Assembly (NCBI GenBank): GCA_964370085.1
Contig: CAYJHI010000002.1
Location: forward strand, 1 to 46,609
Source: an uncultured Muribaculaceae bacterium
Lineage (GTDB): Bacteria; Bacillota_I; Bacilli_A; RF39; UBA660
DNA: 46,609 bases
Reading direction: 5' to 3'
Part shown: one piece after another, positions 17,683 through 27,243 of the stretch
Layout of the letters: the number at the start of each line of letters is the position of its first letter
Position numbering within the stretch: the stretch's first letter is position 1
Notes under the pieces: model-generated
Told to the model about the DNA's origin: nothing
What the model saw: the letters and a program-made list of their open reading frames with translations, nothing else
The model's database searches: none
Position numbers and translations under genes: made by a program

Positions 17683-17701
17683 TATGTAACAGGTGATGAA
17701 G

Positions 17702-20515
17702 ATGGATAAAATTATTGTAAAAGGTGCTAGAGAAAATAATTTAAAGAATATAAATGTAGAAATTCCTAAAAATAAATTAGTTGTTATGACTGGTGTATCG
17801 GGTAGTGGTAAATCATCGTTAGCGTTTGATACTATTTATGCAGAAGGTCAAAGAAGATATGTTGAAAGTTTGTCGGCTTATGCTAGACAGTTTTTAGGTG
17901 GGTCTGAGAAACCAGACGTTGATAGTATAGAAGGTTTATCTCCGGCGATTAGTATTGATCAGAAGACAACTAGTAAAAATCCTCGATCTACGGTTGGTAC
18001 AGTAACTGAGATTTATGATTATATGAGACTTTTGTTTGCTAGAGTTGGTGTTGCTTATTGTCCTAATCATCATATACCAATTAAAAGTCAAAGTGTTGAA
18101 GAAATGGTTAATAAGATTATGGAATATGAGGAAGGTACTAAGTTAATTATTCTTGCTCCAGTAGTAGATGGATCAAAAGGCACACATAAAGATTTGTTAG
18201 ATGATTTGAAAAAGCAAGGTTTTGTTAGAGTTAGAATTAATGGAGAAATGATTGATTTATCTGAAGATATAACTTTAGAGAAAAATAAGAAGGACACAAT
18301 TGAAGTGGTAGTGGATCGTCTTATTATTAAAGAAGATGTTAGAAGTAGATTATTTGAAGCGATGGAAATTGCCGCTAAGCTTACAGAAGGTAAAGTAGTT
18401 GTTTCAATACTTGGAGATAATGCTAAGGAAGTTGTATTCTCAGAAAAATATGCTTGTCCTTATTGTGACTTTTCTTTAAAAGAAATTGAACCCCGAATAT
18501 TCAGCTTTAATGCACCTTATGGAGCGTGTGATGAGTGTAAAGGTCTTGGTATGAAGCTTCAAATCGATCCCGAACTTGTGATTCCTGATAATAACTTAGC
18601 ACTCTCTGATGGTGTTATTAAAACTTTAAGTGATGATCAAGAAGGTATTGAATACAAGAAGTTAGAGTGTACTTGTAAGGAATATAATATTAGTATGTCT
18701 AAGCCTTTTAAAAGACTTACTAAGCAAGAGCAAGATATTGTTTTATATGGGTCTCCTACTAAGATTAACTTTAAGTTTAAAACAAAGAGTGGTAATACTT
18801 TAAATAATACTAATTATTATGAGGGTATTATTAATACTTTAGAAAGACGTTATATGGAAACTACTAGTTCTTGGATCAGAGAATGGTTAGAGAATTATAT
18901 GGTTGAATATGAGTGTGATGTTTGTCATGGAGCTAGGCTTAATAGTGATGTTTTAACTATTAAGATTGGTGATAAAAATATTCATGAAGTTACTAGTATG
19001 AGTATTAAACAATTAGTTGTATTTTTTGATAATTTGGTACTTAGTGAAGAACAAAAAGCTATTGCTAATTTAATATTAGTAGAAATTAAAAATAGATTAT
19101 CTTTCTTATCTAATGTTGGTTTAGAGTATTTAACACTTAATCGAATGGCGGGTACTTTATCTGGTGGGGAGAGTCAAAGAATTAGACTTGCTACGCAAAT
19201 CGGATCTCGTTTAACAGGTGTTTTATATGTACTGGATGAACCTAGTATTGGTCTTCATCAAAAAGATAATGAGAAGCTTATTAAATCATTATTAGAAATG
19301 AGAGATTTAGGAAATACTTTGGTAGTAGTAGAACATGATACTGATACGATGTTGGCGTGTGATCATCTAATTGATATTGGTCCTGAAGCAGGAGATGAAG
19401 GTGGAAATATTGTTTCTGAGGGAACTCCAAGTGAGGTAATGGCAGACGATAATTCTATTACTGGTCGTTACTTAAGTGGTAAAGAGTGTATTGAGTTACC
19501 AGAAAAGAGAAGAAAACATAATAAAAAATATATTGAAATACAAGGTGCTAGTGAAAATAATCTTAAAGATATTGATGTTAAAATTCCAGTTGGAGTATTT
19601 ACTTGTGTGACTGGTGTATCTGGTAGTGGAAAGAGTACTTTAGTGAATGAAATACTAGTTAAGAGTGTTTCTAATGAATTATATCGTGTTAAAGAAAAAC
19701 CTGGTAAGCATAAAAAAATTAAAGGTCTTGAACATTTTGATAAATTAGTGGATATTTCTCAAAATCCAATTGGTCGTACTCCACGTAGTAATCCTGCTAC
19801 TTATACTAGTGTTTTTGATGATATAAGAGACTTGTTTACAAATACTAAGGAAGCTAAAATAAGAGGTTTTGAGAAAAACAGATTTTCTTTTAATGTAAAA
19901 GGTGGTCGTTGTGAAGCTTGTCGTGGTGATGGTGTTAAGAAAATTGAAATGCACTTTTTGCCTGATGTGTATGTTCCTTGTGAAATATGTAAAGGTACAA
20001 GGTATAATCAAGAAACTTTATTAATAAAATATAAAGATAAAAATATCTCAGATGTTTTAGATATGCGTGTTAAAGAAGCTTTAGAGTTTTTTGATAATGT
20101 TCCTAAAATTAAAACAAAATTACAAGTTTTATATGATGTTGGATTAGGGTATATTAAACTTGGTCAAAGTGCTCCTACTTTATCTGGAGGGGAAGCTGAA
20201 AGAGTTAAATTAGCTAAAGAGTTACAGAAAAAAGCTACTGGAAAAACATTGTTTGTTTTAGATGAACCTACAACGGGATTACATAGTGCAGATATTAAGA
20301 GATTACTTGCAATTTTACAAAAAATAGTAGATAATAAAGATACAGTTGTAGTTATAGAACATAACTTAGATGTTATTAAAACAGCAGATCATATTATAGA
20401 CTTAGGACCTGAAGGTGGTGACTTAGGTGGTACTGTTTTAGTTAGTGGTACACCAGAAGAAGTTGCAGCATGTGAAGATTCTTATACAGGACAGTTTTTA
20501 AAGAAACTATTATAG
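17702..20515 (+). CDS. uvrA: Excinuclease ABC subunit A
   Basis: It has two ABC modules (GVSGSGKSS / GVSGSGKST; LSGGESQR / LSGGEAER) and zinc modules (CPYCDF..CDEC; CDVCHG; CEACRGDG..CEICKG). The start is ATG 17702, after AGGTGA. Confidence 0.97.
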   Translation: MDKIIVKGARENNLKNINVEIPKNKLVVMTGVSGSGKSSLAFDTIYAEGQRRYVESLSAYARQFLGGSEKPDVDSIEGLSPAISIDQKTTSKNPRSTVGTVTEIYDYMRLLFARVGVAYCPNHHIPIKSQSVEEMVNKIMEYEEGTKLIILAPVVDGSKGTHKDLLDDLKKQGFVRVRINGEMIDLSEDITLEKNKKDTIEVVVDRLIIKEDVRSRLFEAMEIAAKLTEGKVVVSILGDNAKEVVFSEKYACPYCDFSLKEIEPRIFSFNAPYGACDECKGLGMKLQIDPELVIPDNNLALSDGVIKTLSDDQEGIEYKKLECTCKEYNISMSKPFKRLTKQEQDIVLYGSPTKINFKFKTKSGNTLNNTNYYEGIINTLERRYMETTSSWIREWLENYMVEYECDVCHGARLNSDVLTIKIGDKNIHEVTSMSIKQLVVFFDNLVLSEEQKAIANLILVEIKNRLSFLSNVGLEYLTLNRMAGTLSGGESQRIRLATQIGSRLTGVLYVLDEPSIGLHQKDNEKLIKSLLEMRDLGNTLVVVEHDTDTMLACDHLIDIGPEAGDEGGNIVSEGTPSEVMADDNSITGRYLSGKECIELPEKRRKHNKKYIEIQGASENNLKDIDVKIPVGVFTCVTGVSGSGKSTLVNEILVKSVSNELYRVKEKPGKHKKIKGLEHFDKLVDISQNPIGRTPRSNPATYTSVFDDIRDLFTNTKEAKIRGFEKNRFSFNVKGGRCEACRGDGVKKIEMHFLPDVYVPCEICKGTRYNQETLLIKYKDKNISDVLDMRVKEALEFFDNVPKIKTKLQVLYDVGLGYIKLGQSAPTLSGGEAERVKLAKELQKKATGKTLFVLDEPTTGLHSADIKRLLAILQKIVDNKDTVVVIEHNLDVIKTADHIIDLGPEGGDLGGTVLVSGTPEEVAACEDSYTGQFLKKLL

Positions 20516-20524
20516 GAGATAAAT

Positions 20525-20950
20525 ATGAAATTAGTTATAAAAGATAAAAATAATCGTGTTAGAATTAATTATATAGTAGAGACAATAGTATCATTTTTAG
20601 TTTACTCATTAATATTTTATTTAATGTCGATGTTGTTTTCTTCATTTGAAATTAATACTAATTATTACGGTGGATTTATCTTTTTAGCTGTTTTAGTAAT
20701 ATCAATATTAAATGTTACGATTAAACCTTTATTAATACGATTAACTATTCCTTTAACCGGTTTAACTTTAGGATTATTTTATCCCTTTATTAATTTATTT
20801 ATATTAAAGTTAACTGATTGGATATTAGTTGATAATTTTCAATTACATAATATATTTATAGCTTTCTTTATAGCTCTTTTAATGTCGGCGATGAATGCTT
20901 TAATTAATTTTGTTATTTTAAAACCTGTTTTAAGAAAGATGAAGGTGTAA
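20525..20950 (+). CDS. YvlD-like membrane protein (phage holin family 4 / DUF360)
   Basis: 141 aa with about 4 TM segments. The core reads NVTIKPLLIRLTIPLTGLTLGLFYPFINLFILKL, which is typical of this family. It occupies the same position as yvlD near uvrA/lgt in Bacillus. Confidence 0.7.
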   Translation: MKLVIKDKNNRVRINYIVETIVSFLVYSLIFYLMSMLFSSFEINTNYYGGFIFLAVLVISILNVTIKPLLIRLTIPLTGLTLGLFYPFINLFILKLTDWILVDNFQLHNIFIAFFIALLMSAMNALINFVILKPVLRKMKV

Positions 20951-20951
20951 T

Positions 20952-21764
20952 ATGAGTAGAGTTGCTTTAGACTTTGGTTTTATTCAAATATATTGGTATT
21001 CTATCTTTATTTTATTAGGAATATTAATAGGATCTGTAGTTGCTTATATTGAAATTAAAAAAAAGAAAATAGATGTAGATTTTTATATTAATTTATTGTT
21101 TTATGGTATTGTATTTGGATTAATAGGTGCTCGTGTATATTATTGCTTATTTAATTTAGATTATTTTTTAGCTAATCCATTACAAATATTTGAGGTTTGG
21201 AATGGTGGTTTAGCTATACATGGTGGTATTATTGTTGCTGTCTTATTCTTTATTTATTATTGTCGTAAATATAAACAAAATACACTTAAGATTATAGATG
21301 TTAGTGTAGTTGGTTTAATAATTGGACAGGCAATAGGTAGATGGGGTAATTTTTTTAACCAGGAAGTTTATGGTATGATTACTACTAAAGATGCTCTTTT
21401 AAATCAAGGTGTTCCTGAATTTATTGTAGATGGAATGTTTATAGATGGTGCGTATCGTCAACCTGTATTTTTATATGAAATTATTTGGAATGTAGTAGGT
21501 TTTATTGCTATGTTGATCATAAGAAAATATAGATATTTAAAAGTTGGTCAACTAACTGGATTTTATTTAATGTGGTATTCTGCAGGCAGATTTGTAATAG
21601 AAGCATTTAGAAATTCTAGTTATATTTTAATGATAGGACCTTTTAAGATAGCACAGTTAACTTCAGTTCTTTTGTTTGTTATTGGATTAGTATTATTTTT
21701 GAAAGGACTTAGAGGTAGTCATTTTGAGAATTTATATAAAGAGGAAGAGGCGCATGAAGAGTAA
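20952..21764 (+). CDS. lgt: Prolipoprotein diacylglyceryl transferase
   Basis: It carries Lgt signatures: GARVYY, WNGGLAIHGG and GRWGNFFNQE. Confidence 0.9.
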   Translation: MSRVALDFGFIQIYWYSIFILLGILIGSVVAYIEIKKKKIDVDFYINLLFYGIVFGLIGARVYYCLFNLDYFLANPLQIFEVWNGGLAIHGGIIVAVLFFIYYCRKYKQNTLKIIDVSVVGLIIGQAIGRWGNFFNQEVYGMITTKDALLNQGVPEFIVDGMFIDGAYRQPVFLYEIIWNVVGFIAMLIIRKYRYLKVGQLTGFYLMWYSAGRFVIEAFRNSSYILMIGPFKIAQLTSVLLFVIGLVLFLKGLRGSHFENLYKEEEAHEE

Positions 21765-22674
21765 TGTAGATGTAGTAATAATTGGTTGTGGTATTGCAGG
21801 AATGACTGCTGCTATTTATTTGAAAAGAAGTAATTATAATGTAGTCATTTTAGAAAAAAATGTTCCAGGGGGACAAATAATTAATGCTTTTAAAGTAGAA
21901 AATTATCCTGGTTTTACTAGTGTTAGTGGTGCTGATTTAGCGTATAGTGTTTATGAGCAAGTTAATAATTTGGGAATTGAAGTTAAGTTTGAAGCAGCTT
22001 TAGAAATTAGTGAAGTGGATAATATGAAGATTGTTAAAACTGATGATAGTAAATATGCTTGTAAGGCAATTGTTCTTGCTACTGGTAGAAGTCCTAGAAG
22101 TATTAATGCTAAGAATGAAGAAAAATATATTGGTAAAGGTATTAGTTATTGTGCTACTTGTGATGGAGCATTATATAGGGATAAAGATGTAGTTGTTGTA
22201 GGTGGAGGTAATTCTGCTGTTGGAGAGAGTATTTTCTTAGCAGGTATTTGTAAGAAAGTTACTTTAATTCATAGAAGTGAGGTTTTTAAAGCTGAACAAG
22301 AACTAATTGATAAAATGAAGTCTTTATCTAATATAGAAATAGTTATGAATTCTGAGATTGTTGAATATATTGGTGATAATAATATTCTTAGAAGTGTTGT
22401 TGTTGAAGATATAGATAAAAATAAAAGTGAAATAGAAACAGAAGCAGTATTTTTATTTGTGGGTTCTGTTCCTAATTCGGAGTTATTAAAGAATTTGAAT
22501 ATTCTTAATGAATATAATTATATCAATGTTAATAATGATATGTTAACAGATGCTAATGGTATTTTTGCTTGTGGTGATTCTATTAATAAGAAAGTTTATC
22601 AATTGGTTACGGCAACAGGAGAAGGTGCTATTGCTGCTGATAGCGTTAAAGAATATATAGAAAAAAGTAAGTAA
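21754..22674 (+). CDS. trxB: Thioredoxin-disulfide reductase family flavoprotein
   Basis: It has an FAD GxGxxG motif (IIGCGIAG), the redox CATCDG site and GGGNSA. The start is ATG 21754 (after GAGGAAGAGG), overlapping the lgt end by 11 nt. The NADPH motif is atypical (see findings). Confidence 0.88.
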   Translation: MKSNVDVVIIGCGIAGMTAAIYLKRSNYNVVILEKNVPGGQIINAFKVENYPGFTSVSGADLAYSVYEQVNNLGIEVKFEAALEISEVDNMKIVKTDDSKYACKAIVLATGRSPRSINAKNEEKYIGKGISYCATCDGALYRDKDVVVVGGGNSAVGESIFLAGICKKVTLIHRSEVFKAEQELIDKMKSLSNIEIVMNSEIVEYIGDNNILRSVVVEDIDKNKSEIETEAVFLFVGSVPNSELLKNLNILNEYNYINVNNDMLTDANGIFACGDSINKKVYQLVTATGEGAIAADSVKEYIEKSK

Positions 22675-22689
22675 TTATTACTTTTTTTT
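22663..22689 (+). terminator. Rho-independent terminator after trxB
   Basis: AAAAGTAA-GTAATTA-TTACTTTT hairpin plus a T-run. The stem contains the stop codon. Confidence 0.6.
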
Positions 22690-22724
22690 GTTTTGTGATG
22701 TATAATTATAGTGGGTGATAAGAA

Positions 22725-23696
22725 ATGCATAAGAAAGTAGTAATCTTAGGAGGAGGACATGGTAGTTCTGCTATTCTAAGTGGTTTAAAAGATTTTCCTG
22801 TTGATATAACAGCAGTTATTTCAGTATCTGATAATGGTAAAAGTACTGGTAAATTAAGAGATGAATTTAAAATACCGGCAGTTGGGGATATAAGAAAAGT
22901 TATATCTAATCTATCTAGTAGTGATAAAGTTATTAGAGATATGTTAGAATATCGTTTTAATACGTTTAGTGATTTAAATGGTCATTCTGTAGGTAATTTA
23001 ATATTAACGGCTATGATGGATATGACGGGAAGTTTAAAAGATTCAATTAAATATTTATCTACTCTTTTAGATGTTAGACATACTGTTTTACCTATTTCAG
23101 AAGATCATGATATAACTTTAATGGGAGAAACTGTTGAAGGTGATATTATTGAAGGTGAAGCAGAAATTACAGAAGCTAATAGAAAATATAAGAGAATTTT
23201 TTATAAAAAAGAACCGAAAGTAGTTAATGAAGTTTTAGATGCTATTAATGAAGCTGATTTGGTAATTATTAGTATGGGTAGTTTGTATACTAGTATTCTT
23301 CCTCACATTATGTGTAAAGATGTTAATGATGCTCTAGAGAAAAGTAAAGCAAAGATTATGTATATTTGTAATGCAGTGACACAACCAGGAGAAACAGATG
23401 ACTTTGGAGTGAGTGATCATATTAAATTATTAAATAGTTATTTAGGGAAAAGGAAAATTGATGCTGTTATTGCAAGTAATACTAAAATTAATCAAGATAT
23501 AGCAGAAAAGTATGCTAATAAGGAACAAAAGGATCCGATTGTAATTGATAAAGAAAATGTTGATAAATTAAAGGTTGAATTAATTGTTGATGATTTAGTA
23601 ATTGTTAAAGATGGTTTATTAAGACATGACAGCGTAAAATTAGCACTTATTATTTTATCGTATTTGTTGAGGGAAAAATGTCATACACTACAATAA
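22725..23696 (+). CDS. yvcK: YvcK/GlmR family (CofD-like, UPF0052) protein
   Basis: The motifs are VVILGGGHGSSA.., SVSDNGKSTGKLR and GSLYTSILP. It sits directly upstream of, and overlaps, whiA, as in most Gram-positives. Confidence 0.85.
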   Translation: MHKKVVILGGGHGSSAILSGLKDFPVDITAVISVSDNGKSTGKLRDEFKIPAVGDIRKVISNLSSSDKVIRDMLEYRFNTFSDLNGHSVGNLILTAMMDMTGSLKDSIKYLSTLLDVRHTVLPISEDHDITLMGETVEGDIIEGEAEITEANRKYKRIFYKKEPKVVNEVLDAINEADLVIISMGSLYTSILPHIMCKDVNDALEKSKAKIMYICNAVTQPGETDDFGVSDHIKLLNSYLGKRKIDAVIASNTKINQDIAEKYANKEQKDPIVIDKENVDKLKVELIVDDLVIVKDGLLRHDSVKLALIILSYLLREKCHTLQ

Positions 23697-24613
23697 TCAA
23701 GAATGAGGTTGTTACCGTAAATTGCTCCAAGTCAGAACTTAGTGCGTTGTTGTCGGCTTTTTTTAGATCTAGTTGTGTAATAGAAAATAATACTATATCT
23801 GTTATTACAGAAAATAGTAATATTGTTCGTTTTGTATATGCAGGTATTAAACAATTATATAATAGTAAAATAGAAATAGAAGAATTTAGAAGTAATAATT
23901 TTAAGAAAAAAATGCTTTATAAGATGATTATTACGGATAAGATTGATTTAATTACTAAGGATTTACATATTAGTGATAATGGGAAAGATATTAAAGATAT
24001 TCCTTCTAATTATTTAGTGTCTTCAGATGAAGATGTTAGAGCATATTTACAAGGGGCTTTTTTATCAGGGGGAAGTATTAACGATCCTAAGACTTCGCGT
24101 TATCATATGGAAATACTATTTAATATTCCAAGTGAAGCTGTGTTTGTACAGAGACTATTAAATGATTTTGATCTGAATGCTAAGTTGTTAACTAGAGATA
24201 AAGGGTACATGGTGTATTTAAAAGAAGCTGAAAAGATAAGTGATTTTTTGAAATTACTTAGAGCAAGTAAAGCCGTTATGTATTTTGAGGATGTTAGAAT
24301 ATTACATGAACAAAAAAATTTAACTAATCGTTTAAATAATTGTGAACAAGCTAATGTTGATAAAGTAATTCATACTGCTTTAGAACAAGTTAGACAAATT
24401 GAGAAGATTGAAGAAGTATATGATGAAGAAATGTTAGATGATAAAATAGTGGAAGTAATGGAATACCGAAAAAAATATAGAGATGCTTCACTGTTAGAAT
24501 TAAGTCAAATCATTAGTTTAGAAACAGGTAAATCTATAACTAAGTCTGGTCTTAATCATAGATTTCGTAAAATAAAAGAGATGTATGATAATATAGAAAA
24601 AAATAAGAGTTAA
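23678..24613 (+). CDS. whiA: DNA-binding sporulation/cell-division regulator WhiA
   Basis: 311 aa with a degenerate LAGLIDADG-like double domain (AYLQGAFLSGGSINDP) and a C-terminal HTH (SKSGLNHRFRKIKE). Confidence 0.92.
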   Translation: MSYTTIIKNEVVTVNCSKSELSALLSAFFRSSCVIENNTISVITENSNIVRFVYAGIKQLYNSKIEIEEFRSNNFKKKMLYKMIITDKIDLITKDLHISDNGKDIKDIPSNYLVSSDEDVRAYLQGAFLSGGSINDPKTSRYHMEILFNIPSEAVFVQRLLNDFDLNAKLLTRDKGYMVYLKEAEKISDFLKLLRASKAVMYFEDVRILHEQKNLTNRLNNCEQANVDKVIHTALEQVRQIEKIEEVYDEEMLDDKIVEVMEYRKKYRDASLLELSQIISLETGKSITKSGLNHRFRKIKEMYDNIEKNKS

Positions 24614-24623
24614 GTCTCTTATT
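24602..24623. terminator. Shared hairpin between convergent whiA and the zinc-ribbon gene
   Basis: AATAAGAG-TTAAGT-CTCTTATT followed by a T-run. It overlaps both stop codons. Confidence 0.5.
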
Positions 24624-25044
24624 TTTTAGTGTTTTTACGTATTTCATTTGTGTTTTTTATTAGTATAGCAAATCCTTTTAATAATACATTAAATATATGC
24701 GAACTTACTATTATCGTAATACTTGCAATGAAACTTGACAATATCGTAATACCATCTTCACTTGCAAATGATGCAAAAGTTATTATAATTCCAGCAAGAT
24801 ATGATAACACTACTATAATAAAACCGATTTTAGTAATGGTATTTACAATTTTTTCAGATTGATTTTGGTTGAGTTTAAATCCGCAGTAATTACATATGTT
24901 TTCTTTATCAGTTTCGTTTATGACTGTTTGATGTTTACATTCTGGACACTCGTATGTATATGGAATTTCTTCTCCACAATGTACACAGTAGAGATTGGTG
25001 TTTGTTACCTCGTGTTTACATTTTTTACATTTTACTAAAGCCAT
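24619..25044 (-). CDS. Double zinc-ribbon membrane protein (hypothetical)
   Basis: It has CKKCKH..CVHCG and CPECKH..CNYCG ribbons followed by two TM segments. The RBS is AAGGAGG. Confidence 0.6.
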   Translation of the reverse strand: MALVKCKKCKHEVTNTNLYCVHCGEEIPYTYECPECKHQTVINETDKENICNYCGFKLNQNQSEKIVNTITKIGFIIVVLSYLAGIIITFASFASEDGITILSSFIASITIIVSSHIFNVLLKGFAILIKNTNEIRKNTKK

Positions 25045-25080
25045 TTTTACCTCCTTGGTGCTAGTATAACTTTACTTTTA

Positions 25081-26019
25081 TTAATTTTCAATACTACTTC
25101 CTTGATATGTTTCTCTTTTTACCATTTCTTTATCTATTTCATTTAAGACAGTGAATTTTTTTACTAACCAATGAGGTTCTACTAAGTCATCTAACTTTGG
25201 ATCTCCTGTTATTCTATTTATAACTATTTCTGGTCTTAGTGTTTCTAATTGATCTATAACAATGTCAACATATTCTTCTTTTGAAAGCAATTTGAATTTT
25301 TCTTTTTGATATAAGTGTTCTAGTGCAGTATCTTTTAGAATGTGTAACATATGTATTTTTATTCCTTGAATATCTAAGGTGTTTAAGTATTTTGTTGTTT
25401 CAATCATCATTTCTTTTGTTTCATATGGTAATCCATTAATGATGTGGACAACTACATTAATGTTTCTTTTTCTGAGTTCTTTAGTCATTTCTTCAAAACA
25501 TTCTAATGTGTGGCATCTATTTATTAACGTTGTTGTTTTATCATGAATTGTTTGTAGACCTAGTTCTACTGTTAAATATGTTTTTTTTGATAACTCTTCT
25601 AAATAATTTAGACATTCTTCTGTGATACTATCTGGTCTAGTTGCTATACTTAATCCTATTACGTTTTCAATACTTAGTGCTTCTTCATAATATTTTTTTA
25701 AAGTTTCTACAGGAGCATAAGTGTTAGTATGAGCTTGGAAATAGGCGATGTATTTACTATTTGGCCATTTGTTTAAAATAATGTTTTTTACTTCTTCAAA
25801 TTGTGTTTTTATATCTTTTGTTTTTTCACCAGCATAATCACCACTTCCGATTTTAGAACAGTATATACATCCATTATGTCCTACTGTTCCATCAATGTTG
25901 GGACAAGTAAAGTTAGCATTTAAACTTACTTTAAATACTTTAGAATTAAATTTAGTTTTATAGAAATAATCTAGGGTATGATATCTTTTGTTGTTGTTAC
26001 TATACTTAAATGTATTCAT
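25081..26019 (-). CDS. TIGR01212-family radical SAM protein (YtqA/YhcC-like)
   Basis: The characteristic N-terminus is YHTLDYFYK..FKVSLNANFTCPNIDGTVGHNGCIYC. The ATG overlaps the patatin stop (TAATG). Confidence 0.85.
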   Translation of the reverse strand: MNTFKYSNNNKRYHTLDYFYKTKFNSKVFKVSLNANFTCPNIDGTVGHNGCIYCSKIGSGDYAGEKTKDIKTQFEEVKNIILNKWPNSKYIAYFQAHTNTYAPVETLKKYYEEALSIENVIGLSIATRPDSITEECLNYLEELSKKTYLTVELGLQTIHDKTTTLINRCHTLECFEEMTKELRKRNINVVVHIINGLPYETKEMMIETTKYLNTLDIQGIKIHMLHILKDTALEHLYQKEKFKLLSKEEYVDIVIDQLETLRPEIVINRITGDPKLDDLVEPHWLVKKFTVLNEIDKEMVKRETYQGSSIEN

Positions 26020-27170
26020 TATTCCTCCATTATACTATATAAAAGTGCAGCATTTATAAACGGTCTTCTTAGTATTTTACTATATAAGTTTAAAGATTTA
26101 TGTTTTGTTTTTAGACATTTATATAAATAAAAAACAAGCCATTTTGATGTTATTATTTCTTTTAAGGCATTTACTTTTATTTTTTCTTCGATTAAAGTTT
26201 CGTTCAGTAGTTTAATTTTTTTTATTTCTTTTTTAATATTATATATATAATTATATTGGGAATATACAATTTCATCTTTTAGGTTTAAGTGTTCTGCTAG
26301 TGTTTCAATTGTTGTGTTAAAAGATAATTTATTTTTTATGTATTTATTTAATATTTTTTCATATGTTTTATTATACTTTTTATAGAGATTTTGAAGATGA
26401 TTTTTTTTGAATGTATAATAATTCCCATCGTATAAGTTATATACTTTCATAGTATCGTTGTATCCATACTTTATAATTTTTTTGGAATTAGTGCTACTAA
26501 AATGAGCGATATTACCTAAATTTTGTTTTGGTTTAATATATGTGATTGGTATTTTTTTATCAATATTATTACTTTTAATACCGAATGTATCTAAATCGAT
26601 TGCTACTATTTCGGTTGCACCTAAGTCAATAGCTAAGTTGATTGGTAGAGTATCGTGAAAACCACCGTCTATATATTCGTGTTCTTCTATTTTTTTTGGT
26701 TTGAAGGCAGGATATAGAGTTGCAGATGCCATTATATAATCTACTAAGTTATTTTTGGTTAATTCTTTCTTTCTCTTTGTAACAGGTTTAAATTTTGTTT
26801 TATTATAACTAGTTAGAGCATAGTCAATATTTGATTTGAAAAATTTATCTATATTCAAATGTTTTTTAATAATATTTTCCATTGTTGTTGTCTCTATTCC
26901 GTTTTTAACTAGGATATTACTTGTTAACATTTTGATGGTGTCTTGTTCATTTAATATTTTTTTATTGTAAATTTTTTTATTATCAATAATGTGCCATAAG
27001 TATTCACATTCTTTGAATTGCTTACTAACAAAGAATGCACCATTGATTGCTCCTATTGAAGTACCTGTTACTATTTGATAATCATACTTTAATTTTTTAA
27101 GAGCTTTAAGTGCTCCGATTTGGTATGCGCCTTTGCTGCCTCCGCCACCTAAAACAAGACCTTTTTTCAT
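26019..27170 (-). CDS. Patatin-like phospholipase
   Basis: It has an oxyanion GGGGSKG motif, the nucleophile GTSIG and a catalytic DGG (YIDGGFHD). A helical Lys/Asn-rich region of about 170 aa forms the C-terminus. The start is ATG 27170, after AGGTGA. Confidence 0.85.
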   Translation of the reverse strand: MKKGLVLGGGGSKGAYQIGALKALKKLKYDYQIVTGTSIGAINGAFFVSKQFKECEYLWHIIDNKKIYNKKILNEQDTIKMLTSNILVKNGIETTTMENIIKKHLNIDKFFKSNIDYALTSYNKTKFKPVTKRKKELTKNNLVDYIMASATLYPAFKPKKIEEHEYIDGGFHDTLPINLAIDLGATEIVAIDLDTFGIKSNNIDKKIPITYIKPKQNLGNIAHFSSTNSKKIIKYGYNDTMKVYNLYDGNYYTFKKNHLQNLYKKYNKTYEKILNKYIKNKLSFNTTIETLAEHLNLKDEIVYSQYNYIYNIKKEIKKIKLLNETLIEEKIKVNALKEIITSKWLVFYLYKCLKTKHKSLNLYSKILRRPFINAALLYSIMEE

Positions 27171-27211
27171 GTTTATCACCTAATTTAGTATATCATACTA
27201 TATAAAAAGTG

Positions 27212-27220
27212 TGCTATAAT
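27212..27220 (+). promoter_or_regulatory. Extended -10 element TGCTATAAT
   Basis: TGCTATAAT lies 24 nt upstream of the VanY-like start. The -35 is weak. Confidence 0.4.
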
Positions 27221-27243
27221 TTAGTTAATAGTAGGTGATAATA

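Noticed and set aside
20525-20950. A holin-family annotation suggesting a prophage lysis cassette.
   Set aside because: There are no endolysin, terminase or structural genes. The gene sits in the conserved uvrA-yvlD-lgt context, so it is the chromosomal DUF360/YvlD-type paralogue.
26019-27170. Patatin as a CBASS/defence effector.
   Set aside because: There is no cyclase/CD-NTase, SAVED or other sensor, and no cap genes nearby. The neighbours are conserved yt-region housekeeping genes.
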